64,000 nt of DNA from Escherichia coli O157:H7 (GTDB taxonomy: Bacteria; Pseudomonadota; Gammaproteobacteria; Enterobacterales; Enterobacteriaceae): the NCBI RefSeq assembly GCF_013167455.1, contig NZ_CP038328.1, one strand, 5' to 3'. Positions 43,351 to 53,620 of this stretch are shown in pieces. The first letter of the stretch is position 1; every line of letters begins with the position of its first letter. Position numbers and translations under genes: made by a program. The notes beneath the pieces were generated by a model. The model ran no database searches. It was not told where the DNA came from and saw nothing but the letters and a program-made list of their open reading frames with translations.

Positions 43351-44049
43351 ATGGAAAATCAACCTAAGTTGAATAGCAGTAAAGAAGTAATCGCGTTTCT
43401 GGCCGAACGTTTTCCCCACTGTTTCAGTGCGGAAGGTGAAGCGCGTCCGCTGAAAATCGGTATTTTTCAGGATTTGGTCGATCGTGTTGCCGGGGAAATG
43501 AACCTGAGCAAAACGCAATTACGATCCGCTTTACGTCTCTACACTTCGAGCTGGCGTTACCTTTACGGTGTTAAACCCGGCGCAACGCGTGTCGATCTTG
43601 ACGGCAACCCATGCGGTGAGCTGGACGAGCAACATGTAGAGCATGCTCGCAAGCAGCTTGAAGAAGCGAAAGCGCGTGTTCAGGCACAGCGTGCTGAACA
43701 GCAAGCGAAAAAACGCGAAGCTGCCGCAGCTGCTGGTGAGAAAGAAGACGCACCGCGTCGCGAACGCAAGCCACGTCCGACCACGCCACGCCGCAAAGAA
43801 GGCGCTGAACGTAAACCTCGTGCGCAAAAGCCGGTAGAGAAAGCGCCAAAAACAGCAAAAGCACCTCGCGAAGAACAGCACACCCCAGTTTCTGACATTT
43901 CAGCTCTGACTGTCGGACAAGCCCTGAAGGTGAAAGCGGGTCAAAACGCGATGGATGCCACCGTATTAGAAATCACCAAAGACGGCGTCCGCGTCCAGCT
44001 GAATTCGGGTATGTCTTTGATTGTGCGCGCAGAACACCTGGTGTTCTGA
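43351..44049 (+). CDS. proQ: RNA chaperone ProQ
   Basis: 232 aa; FinO-like N-domain, Lys/Arg/Ala-rich linker, C-terminal Tudor-like domain. Confidence 0.9.
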   Translation: MENQPKLNSSKEVIAFLAERFPHCFSAEGEARPLKIGIFQDLVDRVAGEMNLSKTQLRSALRLYTSSWRYLYGVKPGATRVDLDGNPCGELDEQHVEHARKQLEEAKARVQAQRAEQQAKKREAAAAAGEKEDAPRRERKPRPTTPRRKEGAERKPRAQKPVEKAPKTAKAPREEQHTPVSDISALTVGQALKVKAGQNAMDATVLEITKDGVRVQLNSGMSLIVRAEHLVF

Positions 44050-44068
44050 AACGGAGGCCGGGCCAGGC

Positions 44069-46117
44069 ATGAACATGTTTTTTAGGCTTACCGCGTTAGC
44101 TGGCCTGCTTGCAATAGCAGGCCAGACCTTCGCTGTAGAAGATATCACGCGTGCTGATCAAATTCCGGTATTAAAGGAAGAGACGCAGCATGCGACGGTG
44201 AGTGAGCGCGTAACGTCGCGCTTCACCCGTTCTCATTATCGCCAGTTCGACCTCGATCAGGCATTTTCGGCCAAAATCTTTGACCGCTACCTGAATCTGC
44301 TCGATTACAGCCACAACGTGCTGCTGGCAAGCGATGTTGAACAGTTCGCGAAAAAGAAAACCGAGTTAGGCGATGAACTGCGTTCAGGCAAACTCGACGT
44401 TTTCTACGATCTCTACAATCTGGCGCAAAAGCGTCGTTTTGAACGTTACCAATACGCTTTGTCGGTACTGGAAAAGCCGATGGATTTCACCGGCAACGAC
44501 ACTTATAACCTTGACCGCAGCAAAGCGCCCTGGCCGAAAAACGAGGCTGAGTTGAACGCGCTGTGGGACAGTAAAGTCAAATTCGACGAGTTAAGCCTGA
44601 AGCTGGCAGGAAAAACGGATAAAGAAATTCGTGAAACCCTGACTCGCCGCTACAAATTTGCCATTCGTCGTCTGGCGCAAACCAACAGCGAAGATGTTTT
44701 CTCGCTGGCAATGACGGCGTTTGCGCGTGAAATCGACCCGCATACCAACTATCTTTCCCCGCGTAATACCGAACAGTTCAACACTGAAATGAGTTTGTCG
44801 CTGGAAGGTATTGGCGCAGTGCTGCAAATGGATGATGACTACACCGTTATCAATTCGATGGTGGCAGGTGGTCCGGCAGCGAAGAGTAAAGCTATCAGCG
44901 TTGGTGACAAAATTGTCGGTGTTGGTCAAACAGGCAAGCCGATGGTTGACGTGATTGGCTGGCGTCTTGATGATGTGGTTGCCTTAATTAAAGGGCCGAA
45001 GGGCAGTAAAGTTCGTCTGGAAATTTTACCTGCTGGTAAAGGGACCAAGACCCGCACTGTAACATTGACCCGTGAACGTATTCGTCTCGAAGACCGCGCG
45101 GTTAAAATGTCGGTGAAGACCGTCGGTAAAGAGAAAGTCGGCGTGCTGGATATTCCTGGCTTCTATGTGGGTTTGACAGACGATGTCAAAGTGCAACTGC
45201 AGAAACTGGAAAAACAGAATGTCAGCAGTGTGATCATCGATCTGCGTAGCAATGGTGGTGGGGCGCTGACCGAAGCGGTATCGCTCTCAGGTCTGTTTAT
45301 TCCTGCGGGTCCTATTGTTCAGGTCCGTGATAACAACGGTAAAGTTCGTGAAGACAGCGATACCGACGGACAGGTTTTCTATAAAGGCCCGCTGGTGGTA
45401 CTGGTTGACCGCTTCAGTGCTTCGGCTTCAGAAATCTTTGCCGCGGCAATGCAGGATTACGGTCGTGCACTGGTTGTGGGTGAACCGACGTTTGGTAAAG
45501 GCACCGTTCAGCAATACCGTTCATTGAACCGTATTTACGATCAGATGTTACGTCCTGAATGGCCAGCGCTGGGTTCTGTGCAGTACACGATCCAGAAATT
45601 CTATCGCGTTAACGGCGGCAGTACGCAACGTAAAGGCGTAACGCCAGACATCATCATGCCGACGGGTAATGAAGAAACGGAAACGGGTGAGAAATTCGAA
45701 GATAACGCGCTGCCGTGGGATAGCATTGATGCCGCGACTTATGTGAAATCAGGCGATTTAACGGCCTTTGAACCGGAGCTACTGAAGGAACATAATGCGC
45801 GTATCGCGAAAGATCCTGAGTTCCAGAACATCATGAAGGATATCGCGCGCTTCAACGCTATGAAGGACAAGCGCAATATCGTTTCTCTGAATTACGCTGT
45901 GCGTGAGAAAGAGAATAATGAAGATGATGCGACGCGTTTGGCGCGTTTGAACGAACGCTTTAAACGCGAAGGTAAACCGGAGTTGAAGAAACTGGATGAT
46001 CTACCGAAAGATTACCAGGAGCCGGATCCTTATCTGGATGAGACGGTGAATATCGCACTCGATCTGGCGAAGCTTGAAAAAGCCAGACCCGCGGAACAAC
46101 CCGCACCCGTCAAGTAA
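44069..46117 (+). CDS. prc: Tail-specific protease Prc (Tsp)
   Basis: 682 aa from the internal ATG (MNMFFRLTALAGLLA signal peptide); PDZ + S41 peptidase. Confidence 0.9.
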   Translation: MNMFFRLTALAGLLAIAGQTFAVEDITRADQIPVLKEETQHATVSERVTSRFTRSHYRQFDLDQAFSAKIFDRYLNLLDYSHNVLLASDVEQFAKKKTELGDELRSGKLDVFYDLYNLAQKRRFERYQYALSVLEKPMDFTGNDTYNLDRSKAPWPKNEAELNALWDSKVKFDELSLKLAGKTDKEIRETLTRRYKFAIRRLAQTNSEDVFSLAMTAFAREIDPHTNYLSPRNTEQFNTEMSLSLEGIGAVLQMDDDYTVINSMVAGGPAAKSKAISVGDKIVGVGQTGKPMVDVIGWRLDDVVALIKGPKGSKVRLEILPAGKGTKTRTVTLTRERIRLEDRAVKMSVKTVGKEKVGVLDIPGFYVGLTDDVKVQLQKLEKQNVSSVIIDLRSNGGGALTEAVSLSGLFIPAGPIVQVRDNNGKVREDSDTDGQVFYKGPLVVLVDRFSASASEIFAAAMQDYGRALVVGEPTFGKGTVQQYRSLNRIYDQMLRPEWPALGSVQYTIQKFYRVNGGSTQRKGVTPDIIMPTGNEETETGEKFEDNALPWDSIDAATYVKSGDLTAFEPELLKEHNARIAKDPEFQNIMKDIARFNAMKDKRNIVSLNYAVREKENNEDDATRLARLNERFKREGKPELKKLDDLPKDYQEPDPYLDETVNIALDLAKLEKARPAEQPAPVK

Positions 46118-46123
46118 TATCAA

Positions 46124-46152
46124 TCAGGCACAAGAAATTGTGCCTGATTTTT
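46124..46152 (+). terminator. Rho-independent terminator after prc
   Basis: aatcaggcacaagaaattgtgcctgatt followed by a T-run. Confidence 0.7.
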
Positions 46153-46231
46153 TAACAGCGGCAAGATGCCGTAAATCAGATGCTACAAAATGTAAAGTTG
46201 TGTCTTTCTGGTGACTTACGCACTATCCAGA

Positions 46232-46258
46232 CTTGAAAATAGTCGCGTAACCCATACG
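46232..46258 (+). promoter_or_regulatory. Sigma-32 (heat shock) promoter of htpX
   Basis: CTTGAAA at 46232..46238, 12-nt spacer, CCCATACG at 46251..46258; close to the sigma-32 consensus. Confidence 0.6.
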
Positions 46259-46308
46259 ATGTGGGTATCGCATATTGCGTTTTGTTAAACTGAGGTAAAA
46301 AGAAAATT

Positions 46309-47190
46309 ATGATGCGAATCGCGCTCTTCCTGCTAACGAACCTGGCCGTAATGGTCGTTTTCGGGCTGGTACTGAGCCTGACAGGGATACAGTCGAGCAG
46401 CGTTCAGGGGCTGATGATCATGGCCTTGCTGTTCGGTTTTGGTGGTTCCTTCGTTTCGCTTCTGATGTCCAAATGGATGGCATTACGATCTGTTGGCGGG
46501 GAAGTGATCGAGCAACCGCGTAACGAAAGGGAACGTTGGCTGGTCAATACTGTAGCAACCCAGGCTCGTCAGGCGGGGATCGCTATGCCGCAAGTGGCTA
46601 TCTACCATGCGCCGGACATCAACGCTTTTGCAACCGGTGCGCGCCGTGATGCCTCTCTGGTTGCTGTCAGCACCGGTTTGCTGCAGAACATGAGCCCGGA
46701 TGAAGCCGAGGCGGTAATTGCTCACGAAATCAGCCACATCGCCAATGGTGATATGGTCACCATGACGCTGATTCAGGGCGTGGTGAACACCTTCGTTATC
46801 TTTATTTCCCGTATCCTGGCGCAGCTTGCCGCGGGTTTTATGGGCGGAAATCGTGATGAAGGTGAAGAGAGCAACGGCAACCCGCTGATCTACTTTGCGG
46901 TTGCAACGGTTCTGGAACTGGTGTTTGGTATTCTGGCGAGCATTATCACCATGTGGTTCTCGCGTCATCGTGAATTCCATGCTGATGCCGGTTCGGCAAA
47001 ACTGGTTGGTCGCGAGAAAATGATTGCCGCGCTGCAGCGCCTGAAAACCAGCTATGAACCGCAAGAAGCAACCAGCATGATGGCTTTCTGCATTAACGGT
47101 AAGTCGAAATCGCTCAGTGAGTTGTTTATGACTCACCCGCCGCTGGATAAACGTATTGAAGCTCTGCGTACGGGTGAATACCTGAAGTAA
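46309..47190 (+). CDS. htpX: Heat-shock membrane zinc metalloprotease HtpX (M48)
   Basis: 293 aa; HEISH zinc motif. Confidence 0.95.
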
Positions 47191-47206
47191 TATGAAGTAA
47201 ATACTA

Positions 47207-47238
47207 AAAAGCGCGTCCTGCTCGACGCGCTTTTTTTA
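47207..47238. terminator. Bidirectional terminator between convergent htpX and yebQ
   Basis: aaaagcgcgtcctgctcgacgcgcttttttt. Confidence 0.75.
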
Positions 47239-48609
47239 TGCCCTGGATCTTGGCTGAGTGATACGTAACCCACTGATACAGGCAGCAATCACTGCCAGAA
47301 TAGCCGCAGCCATCAGCGAGACGTGTGTACCATTATCTCCAAACTGATTTAGCATCAGCGCCACCAGCGCCGCGCCGCTACTCTGACCCAGTAGACGAGC
47401 CGTTCCTAACATGCCACTGGCTCCACCGCTACGTTCGCGAGGCGCGGAGGTAATAATGGTGTGGTTATTGGGTGACTGGAACAAGCCAAATCCAGCGCCA
47501 CATAAGATCATCGGCCAGATAATATTGATATCCGCAGGTGACGCGGGCAGCAGAACCAGGGAAAAAAGCCCCGCAGCCATGATGAATAATCCTAAAGCAC
47601 CCAGCAATCCTGCATGTACGCGTTCAATCAAATAGCCTGCCAACGGAGCCATCACCATCGTTGCTAACGGCCACGGTGTCAGAAGTAAACCTGTTTCGAC
47701 TTCACTACGCCCGAGCACGGTTTGCAGGTAAAAGGGCAGGGAAACCATTGCCAGCATTTGTGCGCAGAAAGAGCAAACAGATGTGCAAATAGAAAGTGAA
47801 AACAGCGGGATACGCAGTAAATCCACCGGTAGCAGCGGTACTGGAAGAGAAAGCTGGCGGCGAATAAAGAAAATACCAACGACAACCATTACAACCAGTT
47901 CCGCAGCAATTAACGTCAGCGATTGCCCCTGAGCGAAACCACTCAACGCAGTGATAAGCAGGCCGAAGGTTAACGCGTTCATCACGGCGCTGGGCAGGTC
48001 GAAACGGGGTTTACTGGCGCGAGAACCATTGGGTGGCAGAAAACGCATCGCCAGAAGCAGGGCGATAATACCCAACGGTACGTTGATTAAAAATAACCAT
48101 TTCCAGGATGCGATGGAGAGGATTGCTGCAGCAATTGTCGGCCCGGCAGCAGAAGAGACGGCAACAATAAACGAGTTTATGCCCATCCCTCTACCCAGAA
48201 AACGTTGTGGATAGATCAGGCGGATAAGGGCGGTATTAACGCTCATCAACGCTGCACCGCCGAAACCTTGTATGACACGCGCAAGGGTGAGTATTTGCAG
48301 CGAATCAGAAAGGGCGCAGAACAGTGAAGACAACAGAAAAACGACCAGACCGCATTTATAAATACGTCGATAGCCAAACATATCACCCAGAAACGAAAAC
48401 GAGAGCAGGGAGATGACAATGGCGATTTGATAGGCGTTCACTACCCAGATGGAACTGGCTGGCGTGGCATGAAGGTCCGTGGCGATTGTTGGCAGGGCGA
48501 CGTTGGCGATTGCGCCGTCAAGGACAGCCATCGAAATACCAATCACAATGGTTAATATCGCACCGTATCGCTGGGGCAATGGCAGGCCGTCGGCCTGAAC
48601 TTTTGGCAT
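47236..48609 (-). CDS. yebQ: MFS transporter YebQ
   Basis: 457 aa from the internal ATG (MPKVQADGLP); 14-TM-type MFS. Confidence 0.85.
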   Translation of the reverse strand: MPKVQADGLPLPQRYGAILTIVIGISMAVLDGAIANVALPTIATDLHATPASSIWVVNAYQIAIVISLLSFSFLGDMFGYRRIYKCGLVVFLLSSLFCALSDSLQILTLARVIQGFGGAALMSVNTALIRLIYPQRFLGRGMGINSFIVAVSSAAGPTIAAAILSIASWKWLFLINVPLGIIALLLAMRFLPPNGSRASKPRFDLPSAVMNALTFGLLITALSGFAQGQSLTLIAAELVVMVVVGIFFIRRQLSLPVPLLPVDLLRIPLFSLSICTSVCSFCAQMLAMVSLPFYLQTVLGRSEVETGLLLTPWPLATMVMAPLAGYLIERVHAGLLGALGLFIMAAGLFSLVLLPASPADINIIWPMILCGAGFGLFQSPNNHTIITSAPRERSGGASGMLGTARLLGQSSGAALVALMLNQFGDNGTHVSLMAAAILAVIAACISGLRITQPRSRA

Positions 48610-48785
48610 AGGAATTTTAAATCTTTGGTGAATAATCAACAGGGGTATGATTCTAGCACTGATATTCACGGTGGATGTCGCAGAATTGTAACTAACCGGC
48701 AAAAGATGGATTGCGACCACCCTGGTGCGAAATTATAATAAAAAACAGTTCTGATTTTTATAAAACACTCGCAATGAGGTGATAA

Positions 48786-49577
48786 ATGGCTAACGCAGAT
48801 CTGGATAAACAGCCTGATTCTGTATCTTCCGTGCTAAAAGTTTTTGGCATTTTGCAGGCGCTGGGTGAAGAGCGCGAAATAGGGATAACCGAGCTGTCGC
48901 AGCGCGTCATGATGTCAAAAAGCACCGTTTATCGCTTTTTACAGACCATGAAAACCTTAGGTTATGTGGCGCAGGAAGGGGAGTCGGAGAAATATTCCCT
49001 GACCCTGAAATTGTTTGAACTGGGCGCTCGCGCGTTACAAAACGTCGATTTAATTCGTAGCGCAGATATCCAGATGCGTGAGATCTCCCGCCTGACCAAA
49101 GAAACTATCCACCTCGGCGCACTGGACGAAGACAGTATTGTTTACATTCACAAAATTGACTCTATGTACAATTTGCGCATGTATTCACGGATTGGGCGTC
49201 GTAATCCACTGTACAGCACCGCGATTGGTAAGGTACTGCTGGCATGGCGCGATCGCGATGAAGTGAAGCAAATTCTTGAGGGCGTGGAGTATAAACGCAG
49301 TACCGAGCGGACCATCACCAGTACAGAAGCGTTATTACCGGTTCTGGACCAGGTGCGCGAGCAGGGGTATGGCGAAGATAACGAAGAGCAGGAAGAAGGG
49401 CTGCGATGCATTGCGGTTCCGGTATTTGATCGCTTTGGCGTGGTCATTGCCGGTTTGAGCATCTCCTTCCCGACGTTGCGTTTCTCTGAAGAGCGTTTAC
49501 AGGAATATGTCGCAATGTTGCATACCGCAGCGCGCAAAATTTCTGCCCAAATGGGTTATCACGACTATCCGTTCTGA
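48786..49577 (+). CDS. kdgR: IclR-family transcriptional regulator KdgR
   Basis: 263-aa ORF; N-terminal HTH. Confidence 0.9.
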   Translation: MANADLDKQPDSVSSVLKVFGILQALGEEREIGITELSQRVMMSKSTVYRFLQTMKTLGYVAQEGESEKYSLTLKLFELGARALQNVDLIRSADIQMREISRLTKETIHLGALDEDSIVYIHKIDSMYNLRMYSRIGRRNPLYSTAIGKVLLAWRDRDEVKQILEGVEYKRSTERTITSTEALLPVLDQVREQGYGEDNEEQEEGLRCIAVPVFDRFGVVIAGLSISFPTLRFSEERLQEYVAMLHTAARKISAQMGYHDYPF

Positions 49578-49586
49578 TGAGAGTAA

Positions 49587-49624
49587 GAACCTGTCGGAAT
49601 ATCAAACAGACAGGTTCTTTATTT
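49587..49624 (+). terminator. Rho-independent terminator after kdgR
   Basis: gaacctgtc...gacaggttc followed by a T-run. Confidence 0.75.
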
Positions 49625-49720
49625 AGCATGAGAAAAATAAAGTTGAAGGTGGCGTTAGATTAAACGCAGTTGATATAAGAATATTTTACTCATGAGTGAG
49701 AATCTGGTTATTTATTACAC

Positions 49721-49960
49721 TTAACCATTATCGACCACGATATTGCTTTTGCGTAACAGCGGGCAATCTGTTATCCCCAAAAAACCACTTTTAGTGTGCA
49801 AGTATTGTACCGTGCTGGTGCCTCTGGCAGTCAGATAGGTACATTGCAAACCTAATTCTGCGGCATTCTCTTTGCTTCCAATCAAAACGCCATATCCGCT
49901 GAGTAATAATCCTATCCATACCAGTGCTATCAGCATAACTGTGCGAATGATGAATCGCAT
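49721..49960 (-). CDS. yobH: Small protein YobH (signal/TM peptide)
   Basis: 79-aa ORF. Confidence 0.75.
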   Translation of the reverse strand: MRFIIRTVMLIALVWIGLLLSGYGVLIGSKENAAELGLQCTYLTARGTSTVQYLHTKSGFLGITDCPLLRKSNIVVDNG

Positions 49961-50052
49961 TACAACCTCTTCTCTTTTTTATGTTCGCTTAATCGTAGCG
50001 GCAATATGCGCTGAAGCAAGCGACTCATTCCGAAAAAGCACGAATATCGACA

Positions 50053-50069
50053 TAGTTAGACGCTGTTTA
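50053..50069 (+). promoter_or_regulatory. Candidate PhoP box at the -35 position of the mgrB promoter
   Basis: TAGTTA gacgc TGTTTA: direct repeat with 5-nt spacer, 4/6 and 6/6 matches to the TGTTTA half-site; TTTAAT -10 candidate at 50085..50090. Confidence 0.45.
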
Positions 50070-50119
50070 ACTAACGCATGGTAGTTTAATGACATAAGGT
50101 AGGTGAAACGGAGATTGGA

Positions 50120-50263
50120 GTGAAAAAGTTTCGATGGGTCGTTTTGGTTGTCGTGGTGTTGGCTTGCTTGCTGCTTTGGGCGCAGGTATTCAACATGATG
50201 TGCGATCAGGATGTACAATTTTTCAGCGGAATTTGTGCCATTAACCAGTTTATCCCGTGGTGA
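50120..50263 (+). CDS. mgrB: MgrB, 47-aa membrane peptide (PhoQ feedback inhibitor); below the ORF-track size cutoff
   Basis: GTG start with GGAG SD 6 nt upstream; translation [47 protein letters not shown]. Confidence 0.85.
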
Positions 50264-50337
50264 TATCATTTTTTCAGCACTAGATTTTCTTCCTCTCCAG
50301 CAGTGGTAGAATAGCGCCTCTACTCAGAGGTGGTGAA

Positions 50338-50625
50338 ATGAACGAAGTTGTAAATTCAGGCGTGATGAACATTGCGTCTTTGGTTGTATCGGTGGTGGTT
50401 CTTCTTATCGGGCTCATCTTGTGGTTTTTTATTAATCGTGCCAGTTCTCGGACTAACGAACAGATTGAACTGCTTGAGGCGTTGCTGGATCAGCAAAAAC
50501 GTCAAAATGCACTGTTACGTCGTTTGTGCGAAGCAAACGAACCAGAGAAAGCAGATAAAAAGACTATTGAGAGTCAAAAATCGGTTGAAGACGAAGATAT
50601 TATTCGCCTGGTCGCCGAACGATAA
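50338..50625 (+). CDS. yebO: Small membrane protein YebO
   Basis: 95-aa ORF with N-terminal TM helix. Confidence 0.75.
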   Translation: MNEVVNSGVMNIASLVVSVVVLLIGLILWFFINRASSRTNEQIELLEALLDQQKRQNALLRRLCEANEPEKADKKTIESQKSVEDEDIIRLVAER

Positions 50626-50640
50626 TCCTTCCTCAATCTT

Positions 50641-50668
50641 GAGTAACCCCGTCGTTGAAGGGTTACTC
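50641..50668 (+). terminator. Hairpin after yebO (no clear U-run)
   Basis: gagtaaccc cgtcgttgaa gggttactc. Confidence 0.4.
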
Positions 50669-51293
50669 AATTCATCCTGATTATACGCACTGTCATGGTG
50701 CAACTGCTTCAAATTAAAACTCTGGTCTGACTTCAAATAATTATCATATTATTTATTTGCGTAACGGGATATCAGAAAAAGATATTTACCCCATTAATTT
50801 ATTAGGATGTTTACATCGGATTTGTGATTAAGCGTGGTATTATTTATTAGCGAAACGTTTCTCTCTTGATTTTTTTTGCTTATTCATCAATTTTTCTTAT
50901 TTTAAATTTCCAATTCCTTTGGGATTGACTTCTCTTTGGGGTGATTGAGAGCCGTTAACTGCCTGTTTTATGAGAAAAAGTGATATAACTTTTTATTCAT
51001 TGCATAGCAGAAAATGTGATATTGCACGCACTATGTAATAACTTCTCCCACTGACCTGGAACAACTGAACTTATTGAACTATGTTAGAAACTACGTCAGT
51101 TTAAGTATCTGCGGAACTGACAAGGTTAAGCACAATGATATATCGGCGCGTATTCCGTTGCATAAGTGTGCAAAAAAAGTGGAAGACGTATCGAGATTTG
51201 TGCGTCTGATCGAGACATGTTTAAAAATGGCTTGCCATAATTAACGTTGTATGTGATAACAGATTTCGGGTTAAACGAGGTACAGTTCTGTTT

Positions 51294-51437
51294 ATGTGTG
51301 GCATTTTCAGTAAAGAAGTCCTGAGTAAACACGTTGACGTTGAATACCGCTTCTCTGCCGAGCCTTATATTGGTGCCTCATGCAGTAATGTGTCAGTTTT
51401 ATCTATGTTATGCCTGCGGGCGAAGAAAACAATCTAA
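51294..51437 (+). CDS. yobF: YobF, 47-aa small protein in the cspC leader; below the ORF-track size cutoff
   Basis: ATG 51294 to TAA 51435..51437; translation [47 protein letters not shown]; 12 nt before cspC. Confidence 0.8.
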
Positions 51438-51449
51438 GGAATTTTTCAA

Positions 51450-51659
51450 ATGGCAAAGATTAAAGGTCAGGTTAAGTGGTTCAACGAGTCTAAAGGTTTT
51501 GGCTTCATTACTCCTGCTGATGGCAGCAAAGACGTGTTCGTACACTTCTCCGCTATCCAGGGTAATGGCTTCAAAACTCTGGCTGAAGGTCAGAACGTTG
51601 AGTTCGAAATTCAGGACGGCCAGAAAGGTCCGGCAGCTGTTAACGTAACAGCTATCTGA
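51450..51659 (+). CDS. cspC: Cold-shock-domain protein CspC
   Basis: 69 aa; RNP1 motif KGFGFI. Confidence 0.95.
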
Positions 51660-51703
51660 TCGAATCCACTGATCTGAAGTGTGAATACGCTTCAATCTCG
51701 CTA

Positions 51704-51732
51704 TAAAGCCTCGTCGAATGCGAGGCTTTTTA
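51704..51732 (+). terminator. Rho-independent terminator after cspC
   Basis: aaagcctcgtcgaatgcgaggcttttt. Confidence 0.75.
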
Positions 51733-51824
51733 CTATGCTTTATCTTCGCTCCTGGCGTTCGGATATTTGCCCGCCGCGTGATTCGCGTTACACTTGCGGC
51801 CTTTAGTATCCTGCCGGAGTTGTC

Positions 51825-52634
51825 ATGTCGTTTTCCTGTCCACTTTGCCATCAGCCTCTTACGCGTGAAAAAAACAGCTATATCTGTCCCCAACGACATC
51901 AGTTTGATATGGCGAAAGAAGGGTATGTCAATCTGCTGCCCGTTCAGCATAAACGGTCTCGTGATCCGGGCGACAGCGCGGAAATGATGCAAGCACGCCG
52001 CGCATTCTTAGATGCCGGACATTATCAGCCGCTGCGTGATGCAATTGTCGCCCAACTGCGTGAACGGCTTAATGAAAAGGCCACGGCGGTGCTGGATATT
52101 GGCTGTGGTGAAGGGTATTACACACACGCATTTGCCGATGCGTTGCCCGAAATCACCACGTTTGGTCTGGATGTTTCGAAGGTAGCGATAAAAGCGGCGG
52201 CGAAACGCTATCCGCAGGTCACTCTTTGTGTCGCTTCCAGCCACCGTTTGCCGTTTTCCGATACCAGTATGGACGCCATAATACGTATTTACGCGCCGTG
52301 TAAAGCAGAAGAATTAGCACGAGTAGTGAAGCCCGGCGGCTGGGTCATTACTGCCACGCCGGGACCGCGACATTTGATGGAGCTGAAGGGGCTGATTTAC
52401 AATGAAGTACATCTTCATGCACCTCATGCAGAACAACTGGAAGGTTTTACATTACAGAAGAGTGATGAGTTGTGTTATCCGATGCGTCTTCGCGGTGATG
52501 AAGCCGTCGCATTATTGCAGATGACGCCGTTTGCCTGGCGTGCGAAGCCAGAAGTCTGGCAAATACTGGCAGCAAAAGAAGTGTTCGACTGCCAGACGGA
52601 CTTTAATATTCACCTCTGGCAGCGTTCTTATTAA
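51825..52634 (+). CDS. rlmA: 23S rRNA m1G745 methyltransferase RlmA
   Basis: 269 aa; N-terminal Cys4 zinc motif (CPLC...CPQRH), SAM motif DIGCGEGY. Confidence 0.9.
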
Positions 52635-53197
52635 CCGTGGAAGTGCGTCCAGAGGATCTGGACGCCGATGCCGATCAGCACCAGCCCGCCGAGAATTTCC
52701 GCTTTTTTCCCAATAATTGAGCCGATAAAGCGACCAACCATCATCCCTAATGTCGACATAATCAAGGTTGCACAACCAATGGCCAATGCGGTCGCGATAA
52801 TGTTGACCTGAAGGAAAGCAAGACCAACACCCACAGCCATGGCATCCAGGCTGGTGGCAATCGCGGTGGTTACCAGTAGCCAGAAACCGTGCCGACGGCG
52901 CGGCTCTTCATCTTCATCATCTGCGCCACGAAAACCCTCAATAATCATTCGCCCGCCGAGGAATATCAGCAGCACAAACGCAATCCAGTGATTCCATTCA
53001 AGGACAAACCGGCTGGCTAACATGCCCATTCCCCAGCCGATCAGCGGCGTCAGGGTTTCGACGGCACCAAAAATAAGGCCGGTTCGCAATGCTTCAGAAA
53101 ATTTCGGTTTATGGAGGGTGGCACCTTTACCGATTGATGCAGCAAATGCATCCATCGACATACCAAACGCAAGAAGAACAGTAGCAGTGATATTCAT
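52631..53197 (-). CDS. mntP: Manganese exporter MntP
   Basis: 188 aa from the internal ATG ([18 protein letters not shown]); the 81 upstream codons of the ORF-track entry read through the riboswitch leader. Confidence 0.85.
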
Positions 53198-53435
53198 GAC
53201 AACGTCCTGACCGGGGTATCCATAAAACACATCATCGCCCCCAGCAAACATGCATACATGAACAACAAGCCGCGATGGGTTTTCGCGTTCATGCAGGCAT
53301 AGCGATTGATGTGCATATGGTCTCGCCTGACTGAAAGTCTTCAGTCCGTACGTGCCACGTTTTGCAACGAGTATGTTGACACGTACATTTCCGGAATCTG
53401 GAAATTGGCTACTCCCCAAATGAGGGCGCAACCTT
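53198..53435 (-). ncRNA. sraF: yybP-ykoY Mn2+ riboswitch (SraF) in the mntP 5' leader; 5' bound approximate
   Basis: Reverse complement of 53409..53418 reads GGGGAGUAGC, the hallmark yybP-ykoY motif; roughly 240-nt leader ahead of the mntP ATG. Confidence 0.7.
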
Positions 53436-53561
53436 AACATATTTTGAGAATATAAAACAACTGTTGGAATATATTATTTTATTGCTTTGTTGATAACGAT
53501 TTTCATTTAGATTTATATATCAATGAAACGTTATAATAAATAACAAATAAGGGAAGAGGTA

Positions 53562-53620
53562 ATATAGCCTAAGCTATGTCTGATTATTAAAAATACACTA
53601 AACATAGCTTTGGCTAAATT
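53562..53620. promoter_or_regulatory. Two candidate MntR operators upstream of the mntP promoter
   Basis: atatagcctaagctatgt (53562..53579) and aacatagctttggctaaa (53601..53618) resemble the MntR palindrome AACATAGC-N4-GCTATGTT. Confidence 0.55.

Noticed and set aside
46160-46200. Possible CpxR site (GTAAA repeats) upstream of htpX
   Set aside because: The two GTAAA pentamers are separated by 16 nt rather than the 5 nt of the CpxR consensus.
46483-47136. 217-aa minus-strand ORF
   Set aside because: Antisense within htpX; shadow ORF.
49872-50269. 70-aa (+) and 96-aa (-) ORFs around mgrB
   Set aside because: They overlap the mgrB promoter and gene out of frame or antisense; the real gene is the 47-codon GTG-initiated mgrB.
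51408-51992. 194-aa minus-strand ORF spanning cspC and the rlmA start
   Set aside because: Antisense to a highly expressed cold-shock gene and its terminator; implausible.
52631-53440. 269-aa ORF-track entry for the mntP locus
   Set aside because: Only the last 188 codons are MntP; the upstream 81 codons run through the Mn riboswitch leader, which carries the GGGGAGUAG signature.
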